A stretch of 64,000 nt of DNA, taken from a virus. The stretch is from IMG/VR virus record IMGVR_UViG_3300045988_072432; one strand, written 5' to 3'. The stretch's first letter is position 1. Each line of letters opens with the position of its first letter. Below, in pieces: positions 39,098-49,169 of the stretch. Below the pieces are notes generated by a model, which searched no databases, was not told the origin of the DNA, and saw only the letters and a list, made by a program, of their open reading frames with translations. Both the position numbers and the translations under genes were made by a program.

Positions 39098-40219
39098 TTA
39101 TTCAAGATTAACCATCAGGTAAGGATCTACGTTCATGAATTCTGGGAATCCGAATTCGGAGAACTTCTTATCTGCAGCCAGCAACAGAGCAGCATCTTGG
39201 TACATCTTGGAGAAGCCAGTAGTTAAGCTTGCATAAACAGCCTCAGTTTGGTTAGAAACGATTCTTTCAGATTCCAACATCAATTGACGAGCGGTAAGCT
39301 TAATCAAGGCAGCAGATGTATCAATTAACAATAATTGCTGATCTGGAGTGCCCGGGTGAATATAGAAGTCAGCATTCTTGGGAACCGGAGACTTCACATT
39401 CAGTGTAGCTTCAGTTGTACCAGAATGACGATCTTTGAATTCTGGCAAGTTCAACATTTCAATTGCCTGATCTTCACCACCAATCATAGTAGTAAAGTTA
39501 CGTCCCATACGAGCAGCACGAACCCAAATATGCAATAGATCCTTGTAAGTAATGCCATTGGTTGTTTCGTATACACCAATTACTGGGGCAGACTCAGAGC
39601 CATCAGGGTTGTTACCATTGATAGCCACGTCCATAGCCAGAGTATCCAAAGCATAACCCAACTGAACACCAAAGTCACGAAGATAGATCCCCAAGACATC
39701 GAGTGAAACATAGTTACGAACTTCATCAGTAAGTTTGAAACCCTTTCCGATTTTGAAGAGGCTAACTGATTTTTGTCCGAAACTAACATCACCCAAGGGA
39801 ATAGTTTCTGCTTCGTTAACCTTTGCAGGAGCAGCATCCGACATATTAACCATCGGCATAATTGCTTGCAATCCGTTAATGGATTGGTCTGAAGCGATGA
39901 TGTTCGGATAGAACGGTGCTTGACGCATGCCCAGAGTGATAGCAGCACGGATAATCTCCGGAACAATCCAACGGATATTCTGCTGAGGCATAGTAAAGAT
40001 GTTCTGCATGGTATCAACCTTTGGATTGATGCCCACCTTTTCGAAGAGTTCATCCTGTGAAATTCCCCATTTACCTGTAACCAATTCTTCAAAGGTTACT
40101 TCTACAGGCTTCTTATCCTGTGAACCGGAACGAACAGCTTCCAAGCTTCTTACCATTTCCGGCAGCTCATTCATAAAGTCCTGAGCCTTCATTTTTGTAA
40201 TATCAATCTTATTTTCCAT
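39098..40219 (-). CDS. major capsid protein (HK97-fold type)
   Basis: 373 aa. Position after the protease/scaffold and decoration genes, followed by a terminator. C-terminal ...LMLESERIVSNQTEAVYASLTTGF... is typical of HK97-like MCPs. Confidence 0.7.
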   Translation of the reverse strand: MENKIDITKMKAQDFMNELPEMVRSLEAVRSGSQDKKPVEVTFEELVTGKWGISQDELFEKVGINPKVDTMQNIFTMPQQNIRWIVPEIIRAAITLGMRQAPFYPNIIASDQSINGLQAIMPMVNMSDAAPAKVNEAETIPLGDVSFGQKSVSLFKIGKGFKLTDEVRNYVSLDVLGIYLRDFGVQLGYALDTLAMDVAINGNNPDGSESAPVIGVYETTNGITYKDLLHIWVRAARMGRNFTTMIGGEDQAIEMLNLPEFKDRHSGTTEATLNVKSPVPKNADFYIHPGTPDQQLLLIDTSAALIKLTARQLMLESERIVSNQTEAVYASLTTGFSKMYQDAALLLAADKKFSEFGFPEFMNVDPYLMVNLE

Positions 40220-40233
40220 AACTTTCTTTTCTC

Positions 40234-40704
40234 TTATTTAATGAGTACTTGGATTACCTCATTTGCCTCCTCTGCAGGATTGAGGGCAATGAACGGAGTT
40301 GAAATACCTTGATTAGCCTTAACGAAACGGTCGTTAAGCAATGCTCCATCGGGAGTTACATAGCCAGCTTCGATAGTTCCGTTTGATACCCAGTTACAAA
40401 TCATATAACCTTCTACAGCCACGGTTACTTCTACTGGGAAGTTTCTTTGAGGCTGATAAGCCGGGTTAACGTTATCCGTTACTGCCACACCCAAGTAAAC
40501 TTGAGTAGACGGGTCAGTACAAGGGTAGATCAAACCGTCTTCATTTAAAGCTACCGGCATACCTTGTACAATTTTCTCTCCAGCTTTAACATTGAAAGCC
40601 TGATGCAATTTGTGGGATTCACTCTTGTAAATCACCGCTCTCGGAGTTCTTTCCCCAAAGAGAGTAAGTTGCTGAGGATCGTTTACGATTTTCGTTGTTT
40701 CCAT
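40234..40704 (-). CDS. head decoration-type protein (DUF2190-like, tentative)
   Basis: 156 aa immediately upstream of the MCP. Beta-rich, ...GMPVALNEDG...VAVTDN... pattern. Confidence 0.45.
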   Translation of the reverse strand: METTKIVNDPQQLTLFGERTPRAVIYKSESHKLHQAFNVKAGEKIVQGMPVALNEDGLIYPCTDPSTQVYLGVAVTDNVNPAYQPQRNFPVEVTVAVEGYMICNWVSNGTIEAGYVTPDGALLNDRFVKANQGISTPFIALNPAEEANEVIQVLIK

Positions 40705-40713
40705 AATGCGGAT

Positions 40714-40721
40714 ATTTATAT
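40714..40721 (-). promoter_or_regulatory. exact TATAAATA (T4 late-promoter-like) upstream of decoration-MCP genes
   Basis: Minus strand TTATTATATAAATATCCGCATT followed by ATG. The motif ends 9 nt before the ATG at 40704. Confidence 0.3.
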
Positions 40722-40727
40722 AATAAC

Positions 40728-42245
40728 TTATTTAATTTTGTTTCGATACAAATTATCGATCACATTCTTAGTACTCGGTAATTCGGAATTCTTGGTTGTG
40801 TCTGCACCGTCGGTAGTTTTTTTACCTTGAGTATCATCTTCAGTAACTGAAGAAGCACGGTTAACATCCTTAGAACCACACTTAGAGCAGGTGAGAGGGA
40901 ACTTCTCTTCCAAGCGAGCTTGGTAATCCTTAGTCAAGGAAACAAGAGTAGTAATACCAGTTGTTTCTGCATTAAGCATTGTAACAATGGTTTCATCAGC
41001 ATTATCACCCATCAACTTTTTGTAGGTTGCTACTGCATCTTCACGAAGAGAAGCAATATGATTCTTTCCTACAGTTGCCATCTCTTTCAGATTAGCCACT
41101 TCTGCATTCAGGTTAGTAACCTGTTCCGTAAGAGAATTTTTCTCTGTAGTAAGGTTATCTACTGAAGTTTGCAGTTCATTTCTGGATGATACCAAACTTT
41201 GAATGCAGGCAACTACTGTTTCCTGATTCATTTCTTTACCTTCCTCAAGGGTAAGCAGATTATCCCCGAAGAGGCTCTCTAGAAATTTTTGTAATTCGTT
41301 CATACTATTTTTTTCGTTTGATTGATTATCCTTGGCATCATTATCATTAAAAGAACCTTGAGTATCGTCCTTTTCTTGATAAGAAGTTAGGTCAGATTTA
41401 TAATCGGTAAAGAAGTATTGCTTCGATTTATCGTCTCTGTATTCTTCATAAGATGCCCAAGTTCTTTTAGCAAAGGTAGGATTAATAATCTTACCATCAG
41501 AACCGATTTTTTGAGCAAAAGAATCAGCTCCATGAGATACCAATGAAGTCTCCAGGTAACGAACTATCTCAGTAACCATTCTACGTACCATCACTCCCTT
41601 AGAATCATAGGTACCGAGTTTCTGATAGAATTCGTTGTCCTCCATTTGGGGATGTGATTTATCCCACTTGAATTGTACTGTGACAGAGTTACTGTGAATT
41701 GAGGGTGGTTCCATAAGTATACCTCTAGCAATCCTTGGATTGGCTTTACCATCAATTTTCAGAATACCGTTGATACCTGCAGGTATAGTGAAACTTCCAT
41801 CTTTGTAAGACTCTTGCCACATTACCTGAGATACAGCACCAATAGCATTACCTATGTTAGTTTCATGGTCACAGTTTACTGTTTGACCAAGTAACATTTT
41901 CATAGAAGCTTTCAATACTCCATTTTGACCAAAGTCTGTAGGATTCCAATTCTTAGATACAATCGTTTCCGAAAGTAATCTGAACATAGGTTCAATGAAC
42001 TCTTCATCCTTAGGAGTTAATTCCGATTTATCCAGGTTAGGATAATAGGTATTATAATCTATATCCCCTCCCCAAAATCCAAATTGAGCAATGGAGTCCG
42101 GTGTAGGATTCTTCCATTTATAGTAATTCTCTGAGAAAGTCTGGGCTCCCACTGCTTCTGGTATATAACCAGCCATAATGGTATGGCCTTGACCTATCAC
42201 CATAGAATCAAGATGCTCTTTGTTTTTCTTTGTAAATTTACTCAT
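40728..42245 (-). CDS. prohead protease / scaffolding-type protein
   Basis: Lies between portal and capsid genes. C-terminal third is coiled coil (ELQTSVDNLTTEKNSLTEQVTNLNAEVANLKEM) followed by a CSKCGS motif. Confidence 0.45.
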   Translation of the reverse strand: MSKFTKKNKEHLDSMVIGQGHTIMAGYIPEAVGAQTFSENYYKWKNPTPDSIAQFGFWGGDIDYNTYYPNLDKSELTPKDEEFIEPMFRLLSETIVSKNWNPTDFGQNGVLKASMKMLLGQTVNCDHETNIGNAIGAVSQVMWQESYKDGSFTIPAGINGILKIDGKANPRIARGILMEPPSIHSNSVTVQFKWDKSHPQMEDNEFYQKLGTYDSKGVMVRRMVTEIVRYLETSLVSHGADSFAQKIGSDGKIINPTFAKRTWASYEEYRDDKSKQYFFTDYKSDLTSYQEKDDTQGSFNDNDAKDNQSNEKNSMNELQKFLESLFGDNLLTLEEGKEMNQETVVACIQSLVSSRNELQTSVDNLTTEKNSLTEQVTNLNAEVANLKEMATVGKNHIASLREDAVATYKKLMGDNADETIVTMLNAETTGITTLVSLTKDYQARLEEKFPLTCSKCGSKDVNRASSVTEDDTQGKKTTDGADTTKNSELPSTKNVIDNLYRNKIK

Positions 42246-43732
42246 CTTGGTTTAGTATTTTGGTCTCCTCGAGAAGGAGCCGGGTTATTCTTATCTCTTG
42301 ACCTACGAGCAGATTGGTTTTTATCATCCTGCCTTTGTTTCTTTTTAGTTCCCTCTTGAGGATCTGAATTACCACCTTTAGCAAATTGATCTTCCAATGA
42401 AACTCTTGGTTCTTTCTCATCCGGGGAATCATAGCCCATTGCCCAAGCATACTGTTCTTGGCTAATAATACCAGCCTTATACAGTAAGTCAAGGTTCTGT
42501 ATCTTATACTGAAGACCCTGTTGGATTTTAACTTCATCAGAAACTGTAGAAGTTCCCCAATCAATCTTCATTCCCTTATTATTAAATCCTGCCAGACGCA
42601 GTTCTAGAGAATAAAGTCGATCTAATACATAAGCTACAAGCATTTGGATATTTTTTAACTGGCTAATCATCTTAGACAGCATTATACCCGTTGCCCCTTC
42701 ACCAGTAGTAGCAGATACTCCAATGATAGAGCCATTAACTCCCAAACCATTAGCCACGGATTGTTGATTCATATTCCAAGGCTTTTCGATATTACCAAGT
42801 TCTTTGGTAGTAGAGTTGAGTTTAAATTCGTGGTCATCAATATAACCCGCAACAACCCCATCCTTCATGCCATCCTTAACATTACGTTTTAAAAGATTGA
42901 GCTCTCGGTTTAGTCTAGATTCGTAGGCATTTATACTTTCGTTAGCCCTTTGAGGGGATTTCTGCATTTTAGCTTCAAGAAAACCCACCATACCACAAAT
43001 CTCCATGATATGTTTGAAATTAATCTTCATATCATTTTGACCCTTGAGAGAATCTAAGGCAGGCATAAAGGGAGGAACTCCATAGGGTTCATCTGTATCA
43101 TTGAACATACCAACATAGAAATAAGTTTCTGGGTTAAGCTTAATGTAATCTTGTTGCTTGTTCCAGTAATTATGATTCTTTTGATAAGGATGATACACCC
43201 CATTTAATTCACGTTTAAACTTGATATATTCTGGTTTAAGGAATAATACCGTAGCCAAACCATCTAGTTTATCATTGGGAACTCCCTCTACAGATATTGC
43301 TCCACTTACAAGAAGTTGAACAATCATTTTGTTAACTAAACCATCTATACCGGCAGTATATCTGGTCCATCCTTTGGTTGCTTTTTTAAGATGGTCTCTC
43401 ATCTTAGAAGCCTCTTCATCGGTATTGTTTGGAAAGGTTACTGTATGACTGGTGTTAGCTAACTTAAACATATCTTGCAATGCAATGCCCATATCCGGAT
43501 TTACTTTATATAAATCTCGGATTAAAGGTATTACATCAACACGAAAAGAGGGCTCGACTAATTTAGTCAACCCATGTAATGATGTGATTAAGTTATCGCT
43601 ATCATCGTCAACTGAAACTCTACCAGGTGATATCGGAGTGGTAGGCTTTTGCTCTTTATTAGAGGAGGTACCATCTTTGGGAGGGTCCTTCTTACGTCCC
43701 CAAACCCAATTAAAATTGAAGTACTTTTTCAT
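42242..43732 (-). CDS. portal protein
   Basis: 496 aa directly downstream of TerL with a 4-nt overlap. Basic C-terminal tail. Assigned by position and size. Confidence 0.65.
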   Translation of the reverse strand: MKKYFNFNWVWGRKKDPPKDGTSSNKEQKPTTPISPGRVSVDDDSDNLITSLHGLTKLVEPSFRVDVIPLIRDLYKVNPDMGIALQDMFKLANTSHTVTFPNNTDEEASKMRDHLKKATKGWTRYTAGIDGLVNKMIVQLLVSGAISVEGVPNDKLDGLATVLFLKPEYIKFKRELNGVYHPYQKNHNYWNKQQDYIKLNPETYFYVGMFNDTDEPYGVPPFMPALDSLKGQNDMKINFKHIMEICGMVGFLEAKMQKSPQRANESINAYESRLNRELNLLKRNVKDGMKDGVVAGYIDDHEFKLNSTTKELGNIEKPWNMNQQSVANGLGVNGSIIGVSATTGEGATGIMLSKMISQLKNIQMLVAYVLDRLYSLELRLAGFNNKGMKIDWGTSTVSDEVKIQQGLQYKIQNLDLLYKAGIISQEQYAWAMGYDSPDEKEPRVSLEDQFAKGGNSDPQEGTKKKQRQDDKNQSARRSRDKNNPAPSRGDQNTKPR

Positions 43733-45231
43733 CTTGGTTGTACGATTACGTTAGTTTTTCCTTTCCTTATGTGATTGCATATTGCTTTTCCAAATATATC
43801 ATCATCTGAGTATACGTCTCCTTCAAGGTCTACATCAACAGCAGAATTATTTGCTCTATGTTTACCCATTGCAACAGGCCTACCTAAACCATCATAGATG
43901 AAAGTATAAGCTTCCTGAACAAAAAATGGGTCCTTTATGATTACGTTATCATTTCTGATATCTTCTTCTAAGTTTTCTATTATCACTGAACGATTCTTTT
44001 GTGTAGTTAACCAACCAGGAGATTGGTCCATTTCTGGTCTACTCTTTCCCTTTTTCTTAAGCATTTTTTGGTAGTAGTACAGCTTTGGATAACCTTCATC
44101 TTGAAGTTTAGAGGTTACTGCTAAACCCACATCATTAGATTCCGGAGCTATAGTAGCCCAATTATACAATTGCCCGGTATCTCCAAGTAATTTAGCATAA
44201 GCCCCTACTGCCATTCTTCCCTTATATATTGCTTGTTCTTCTCCTAGCTTATCCATACAAGTGAATGAGGAATAGTCAGAAGCTCTACCAGTTGCAACGT
44301 CAGCACCAATGAAATATTCTTTGTCAGATTCTGGTTCACAGAATTGCCTGTATTGACCATTGAATCTTTTCTTTATTACTGGATAATCACTAAGGCAGTC
44401 TTCGATAGCCTTAATATCAGCTAAATCGAAGACTGTATTACCTGATGACAAGAAGTCACCGTCTATTTCTTGTGCTGTTCGTTTTGCACCCAAAGCAGAA
44501 GACATTTGGTTATACCAATTTATATCTCGTTCCGGGTGCATCTGCCAGTATAATCGAATGGGATTGAAGGGGTTACCTCCAGCAATGGCATCTACCCAAG
44601 TTGAATGATAAAAGTTACCAACTCCATAAGGAGTGGAATTGACGATGGCAGCTCCACCAGTGGAAAGAGTAGGAAAAGCAGCAGCCCAAATTTGAGCAGC
44701 CCATCTAACTACTGCTGCCTCGTCAATTACCAAAAGGGAAAGAGATTCCGAACGACCGGCTTCGGATGATGTCGGAATTGATTCAATAAAAGACCCATTA
44801 TCAAATTCTATCATGGATGCTGATCCGTATTCACCAGCCCTACCGTTTATAATGGGAGTTTGAAGGTACCAGGGTAGATTTTTGTACATGAACTTAATCT
44901 TCTTAAGTACTTTTTTAGCAGTGGTATCCTTGATAGAAATAATGTTTATCTTTTTGTTGGGATGGTACATCGCCAACCAAAGACAGTACATAGAAATCAA
45001 TTCTGTAATACCTGCCTGACGAAATTTCAAAATGATATTGAAACGTTGAGCAATAAAATTATACAAAACCGATTTTTGAAATGGGTAAAGTTCGAACCTT
45101 ACCTTTCCCCTTACTGGATGTATCACATAACAGAAAAGACTGAAAAAGAAAACATCTACTGTAACCCTTGAAAGATTTGATAACTCTTCTCGAGTTAAAG
45201 TAGTTCTAGTTTCTGAGATAGTCTTTGCCAT
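43729..45231 (-). CDS. terL: terminase large subunit
   Basis: Deviant Walker A KFRQAGIT (KxxxxGx[ST], as in lambda gpA), Walker B LLVIDEAA, C-terminal RNaseH-like nuclease motifs (IGADVATG, ESNDVG). Confidence 0.85.
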   Translation of the reverse strand: MAKTISETRTTLTREELSNLSRVTVDVFFFSLFCYVIHPVRGKVRFELYPFQKSVLYNFIAQRFNIILKFRQAGITELISMYCLWLAMYHPNKKINIISIKDTTAKKVLKKIKFMYKNLPWYLQTPIINGRAGEYGSASMIEFDNGSFIESIPTSSEAGRSESLSLLVIDEAAVVRWAAQIWAAAFPTLSTGGAAIVNSTPYGVGNFYHSTWVDAIAGGNPFNPIRLYWQMHPERDINWYNQMSSALGAKRTAQEIDGDFLSSGNTVFDLADIKAIEDCLSDYPVIKKRFNGQYRQFCEPESDKEYFIGADVATGRASDYSSFTCMDKLGEEQAIYKGRMAVGAYAKLLGDTGQLYNWATIAPESNDVGLAVTSKLQDEGYPKLYYYQKMLKKKGKSRPEMDQSPGWLTTQKNRSVIIENLEEDIRNDNVIIKDPFFVQEAYTFIYDGLGRPVAMGKHRANNSAVDVDLEGDVYSDDDIFGKAICNHIRKGKTNVIVQPR

Positions 45232-45233
45232 AT

Positions 45234-45857
45234 CTAAAAGTTATAGGTTATTTGAAATTCGATGTCAGTACCTATCCCAGATTTTACCTTCGGATAGTAA
45301 AAGGTATTGACTCCGAATTTGTAATTAAATCTCTTAGTCTTGATTGAAAGACCAGCTCCCATATCGAATAGATTATTGAAAGGTCTATATTTGCCATAAA
45401 CGTATGGACTAAGTAATAACTTTGCAACTTTCTTCCGAGTTAATTGACCTTCATACCAGTTATAGTTGTACTTATCTAAGTCAATTTTGAACAGCTTAGT
45501 TGAATAAGTTCCAGTCTGTTGATTGAATAGACTCAAATTCAACTTATCTTTCTTCAAAACAATTTGAACCAGGGAATCTTGTTTACTGATAGCTGGCTGC
45601 CTTAGCATGGAATCAGGAAAGAGAGTTGGCTGCCTATTGTCGTAACTATTATCGTAAACTAAGATTTTACCTGGTTCAATTTCTTTAGAATACTTCTTCT
45701 CTGGTTTGAAAGGTTTGTCTTTGTATACTGTATCTGGGATTTCATTGACCGCTAGTTCCAGGGAATCAACTTCTCGAGAAAGTTTGTAATTCCTGAAGCA
45801 AAGGTAAATAGTAAATCCTAGAAGTACAATAAACAAGGCCCTCTTTAAATTCTTCAT
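45234..45857 (-). CDS. membrane-anchored beta-rich protein ending in aromatic residue
   Basis: Start trimmed to ATG 45857 (MKNLKRALFIVLLGFTIYLCF); the track start at 45917 is a TTG. C-terminus ...TDIEFQITYNF resembles an OMP beta-barrel terminal signature. Confidence 0.45.
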   Translation of the reverse strand: MKNLKRALFIVLLGFTIYLCFRNYKLSREVDSLELAVNEIPDTVYKDKPFKPEKKYSKEIEPGKILVYDNSYDNRQPTLFPDSMLRQPAISKQDSLVQIVLKKDKLNLSLFNQQTGTYSTKLFKIDLDKYNYNWYEGQLTRKKVAKLLLSPYVYGKYRPFNNLFDMGAGLSIKTKRFNYKFGVNTFYYPKVKSGIGTDIEFQITYNF

Positions 45858-46031
45858 TGTAATTTCGCTTTTAGTGAAACTCTGGTACTCACTCGTTTCC
45901 TTGTTTTCCCTTAACAATCCCTTTCTTACCTTCAGAATTGATTTATAGGTTATAGCTTTCTTTACCAGAAAGCACTTTCCTAAAAAAGAAAAACTTAATA
46001 AAAAGAAAAAAGGGTTTTCAAACAGCTCAAT

Positions 46032-47090
46032 TTAGCTCAGTTTTGATGAATCAATTTTCTTGAGGCATTTTTTGAACCAAATACCTATTTCCCCTACTGC
46101 CCCTTTGGCAATTGTATACCTTGCCTTGTTAAGCCAGTAATGGTAATCCTTAAAATCACCTTCGAAGGTATCACCATTCTTGTGAAGGTAAATTTCGAAT
46201 TTATCAGGGAATCCCATAATTGCCTTGAAGTCTTCGATTCCCAAGGGGTATCCATCTGGTCTAAATTGCCTATCTGCAGGTCTGAGAGTTAATGGTGGTT
46301 TATCATACTCCAATCGATATACTCCTGGGAGAGTACTCATCTTTGCAGTTTTGATAGGCCACTTCTTTTCACCCTTGAAATCTCTAACCCAGAGCCTATG
46401 TATCTTTGCTACAGTAAGGTTTTTCTTCTCGGGAAGCTTTCGATAGTCATACATTGCCAGAGTTTTACTCATAAATGGAATCTGATTAGTATTATTTTCC
46501 TGAGAGAATGTGAGCGGTTTAAGTAGATTTCTAGTAGTTGTTGGAGTTTTTACTTGAAATACTTCATCAAAAGCATTCAAGTATTTCTTACCGGTCTTTT
46601 TATGTACTCCAATGATGAGTAGTCGCTTCCTTGATTCTTGAGAATTTCCGTAGTCTAAAACTGACCTTTCGTGAAAAACTAATTTATAGTCTTTGAAGGT
46701 TTCCTCAAAGAAATCCTTGGGAAGCAAGGTTAGCAATCTTGGTAGATTTTCTATAAGAAATATCTTGGGTTTATACTCGAGTATTGATGCAATTACTAGA
46801 TTAAGACTACGGTTATCTTTGGGATTACCTAATTCTTTTACCTTGGATAACCTCATAATACTAGAACTACCGCAATCAGGGCTTGATATAATTATGTCTA
46901 CTTTCTCATCAAATTCTTGTAAACAAAAGCCCTTATAGAACGGTATATCTCCAAAATTTAATTTCCATTGTTCTTCGCCTGGAGTGTGGAATACTCCCCT
47001 TATCTCTATGTTCCCTAACAAATTCTTCTTAAAAGGGAACAGGAGTGCACCCTGTCCAGCGCACACTCCCAATACCATTAGTTTCTTCAT
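46032..47090 (-). CDS. DNA (cytosine-5) methyltransferase-like protein
   Basis: Motif I LGVCAGQG, motif IV-like SSPDCGSS (PDC instead of PCQ), motif VI FLIENLPRL, motif VIII QESRKRLLIIG, in canonical order. Confidence 0.6.
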   Translation of the reverse strand: MKKLMVLGVCAGQGALLFPFKKNLLGNIEIRGVFHTPGEEQWKLNFGDIPFYKGFCLQEFDEKVDIIISSPDCGSSSIMRLSKVKELGNPKDNRSLNLVIASILEYKPKIFLIENLPRLLTLLPKDFFEETFKDYKLVFHERSVLDYGNSQESRKRLLIIGVHKKTGKKYLNAFDEVFQVKTPTTTRNLLKPLTFSQENNTNQIPFMSKTLAMYDYRKLPEKKNLTVAKIHRLWVRDFKGEKKWPIKTAKMSTLPGVYRLEYDKPPLTLRPADRQFRPDGYPLGIEDFKAIMGFPDKFEIYLHKNGDTFEGDFKDYHYWLNKARYTIAKGAVGEIGIWFKKCLKKIDSSKLS

Positions 47091-47530
47091 TTCTTGTAGC
47101 TTCTCAATTTAATGTATTTAATCCAAGCAAATGGCTTACGGTCTTCCAAATAACTCAGATTCTTATCATTATTGTGAGCTTCCTCTTCGAAACTTACATC
47201 ATGATATCTTTCATTCTGTTTATTCCACTTGGCAAAGCACATGATAATTAGGTATTCAATAACATACCAAAGGTAAAAGAATCCAAAAGTCAGAGCCACT
47301 ACCCACCAAAAGGACATACCAAATGATAACCAGAGTATGATACCAAGTATCAAACCGACTATACTACACTCAATCTGTTGTACCTGATGGATTCTCTCAT
47401 GGTTGATATCATCCGGTTTACACTCCTCTACTCTATGCTTGAAAAAGGAGTTGTACAACATGGTTATTGCCTTGTAACTGGGGAAAAGGAATACTTTTAC
47501 TACCCAGCTGTTAAAATGACATCTTTTCAT
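47087..47530 (-). CDS. multi-pass membrane protein with HExxH motif (lysis-cassette position)
   Basis: NHERIHQ followed by two or three TM helices. ATGA-type overlaps with the endolysin and the methyltransferase. Confidence 0.45.
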   Translation of the reverse strand: MKRCHFNSWVVKVFLFPSYKAITMLYNSFFKHRVEECKPDDINHERIHQVQQIECSIVGLILGIILWLSFGMSFWWVVALTFGFFYLWYVIEYLIIMCFAKWNKQNERYHDVSFEEEAHNNDKNLSYLEDRKPFAWIKYIKLRSYKK

Positions 47531-48123
47531 AACTTATCTTTGAAATTTTCGTAAGCATTTCTTAACTTTTGATCATAGGCATTCTGGGCATACCCGGGAC
47601 CATTATACTTTTTGGCAAAGCCAGCCCAGTCTTTTGCTTTGAGTTCTTTCAAACAACCAGAGTTATTCATGAAATAATACATGAGTTCCAATTGTTTCTC
47701 ATGAGATTCAGACATCTTGTGAACAAATTCGAAGACATCTTTACATCCACAAAGGTGGTGATTGAAGCCCATAATTTGGAACATACCCCAACTTGCAGAC
47801 TTTAATGCACATTCCTCATCAATTTCTTTGGCTAATTCGAGTCTCTTATACTCGTGTACACCTCCCAAATACTTCGATTTATCCCATTTAGGGAAGAAAA
47901 TCGTAGAATATCTTTTACAAAGGTAAGCTAAATCTCTGTCAGGGAATTTCTTATGTACTTCTTTGTACATAATGTGACCCTCAAAGAGAATTTGAGGCCT
48001 ACCGTCAGCTAAAAACCCATCTCTACCGGCAGCTTCCACCAATTGGACAGCTTTCAATAGGGCAGGTTCTAAACCTAAGCGAATAGCAAGGTCTTTAATC
48101 ATTTCATTTGTTAGTTTATCCAT
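47527..48123 (-). CDS. endolysin, N-acetylmuramidase (DUF3380/PF11860-type)
   Basis: GRDGFLADGRPQILFEGHIMYK, SASWGMFQIMGFNH, WAGFAKKYNGPGYAQNAYDQKLRNAY. Confidence 0.8.
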   Translation of the reverse strand: MDKLTNEMIKDLAIRLGLEPALLKAVQLVEAAGRDGFLADGRPQILFEGHIMYKEVHKKFPDRDLAYLCKRYSTIFFPKWDKSKYLGGVHEYKRLELAKEIDEECALKSASWGMFQIMGFNHHLCGCKDVFEFVHKMSESHEKQLELMYYFMNNSGCLKELKAKDWAGFAKKYNGPGYAQNAYDQKLRNAYENFKDKL

Positions 48124-48156
48124 AACTTATCAGTTTTAATGGTTCAATTTTAGTAA

Positions 48157-48164
48157 CAAAAGTA
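48157..48164 (-). promoter_or_regulatory. TAnnTTTG promoter element (TACTTTTG) for the lysis operon
   Basis: Minus strand AATACTTTTGTTAC, 34 nt upstream of the endolysin ATG. Confidence 0.4.
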
Positions 48165-48233
48165 TTGCTTATAACCCATTTTTAGGATGTTTCGAGGTTC
48201 TATTATCATATATAACTTATAAAATAATGCAAT

Positions 48234-48731
48234 ATGGGCAAGAAAAATGAATGCCAGATATGTGGCAAACCAATTAATTTAGAGGAATTCGATGAAACTA
48301 GAGAGATTCCCCAACTTATGGCAAGAAAACAAGTTTGTTTTAAATGTGCTTTTTGGTTTAATCGATTAGCTTATGATAAAGAACTTGAAAAAGAGAAGAA
48401 AATTGCCGTAATTACTCCCGATTATTCCCATTGGATAACTAGAATACCAGGAAGTATTCTAATGGTTCCTTCGGCTTTCGGGGGAATTTACCAAACTAAA
48501 CTCCAACCAGTAAACACTCTGGGAGTTATTGATGAAGACCGAAAGAAACTTTTCATCATCCGTTATAATAACATCACTCACCAGGGCACTATACCGGAGC
48601 ATCTAAGAGATGCTTTTAAAGTAAACGGAATATTTCTATCTCCACAGGAATACAAAATGCTAGAGGATTACCGGGGCAATGCCTATGAATTTATAAAAAA
48701 TAAAATAGATAATGCAATAAATAAAGAATAA
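48234..48731 (+). CDS. hypothetical zinc-ribbon protein
   Basis: CQICGK ... CFKCAFW. Confidence 0.55.
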   Translation: MGKKNECQICGKPINLEEFDETREIPQLMARKQVCFKCAFWFNRLAYDKELEKEKKIAVITPDYSHWITRIPGSILMVPSAFGGIYQTKLQPVNTLGVIDEDRKKLFIIRYNNITHQGTIPEHLRDAFKVNGIFLSPQEYKMLEDYRGNAYEFIKNKIDNAINKE

Positions 48732-48736
48732 TTTCG

Positions 48737-48744
48737 TATATTTG
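48737..48744 (+). promoter_or_regulatory. TATATTTG promoter element
   Basis: GTATATTTGCATAAAG, 30 nt upstream of the ATG at 48774. Confidence 0.5.
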
Positions 48745-48773
48745 CATAAAGAAAATTTCTAAATAAAATAGAT

Positions 48774-49169
48774 ATGAAAAAAGAAAAGAAAGAAGCTAAA
48801 AAGCTCAAAGAAGGTGATGAAGTTATCTTCGTATTATCAGGAAGACCCATCACAGAGAAAGTAACAGTAGAATCCATCGATAAGAAAGGTGGATTTGCAA
48901 TGCTCAGTAACCGGGTAAAAGTTGCAAGAACCTTGGGTCCTGATGATACATATCCAAGATTGGATGGGCAAAAGGGAGAAGTTCGTCCGCTTACCGAAGA
49001 AAATGAAAGAGTATTCCTTGCATATAAGGCCTATTCCTCAATTAAGAGAAACATAGAATTACTTGATAAGGAAATTAGAAGTATGAAAGATTCGAAAGCT
49101 TTCGATATGATGATTGAATTTGATAAGAAGCTTACCAAGGTTATTAACAAATACCTCAAAGAACAATGA
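48774..49169 (+). CDS. hypothetical protein
   Basis: 131-aa Lys/Glu-rich ORF. Confidence 0.55.
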   Translation: MKKEKKEAKKLKEGDEVIFVLSGRPITEKVTVESIDKKGGFAMLSNRVKVARTLGPDDTYPRLDGQKGEVRPLTEENERVFLAYKAYSSIKRNIELLDKEIRSMKDSKAFDMMIEFDKKLTKVINKYLKEQ

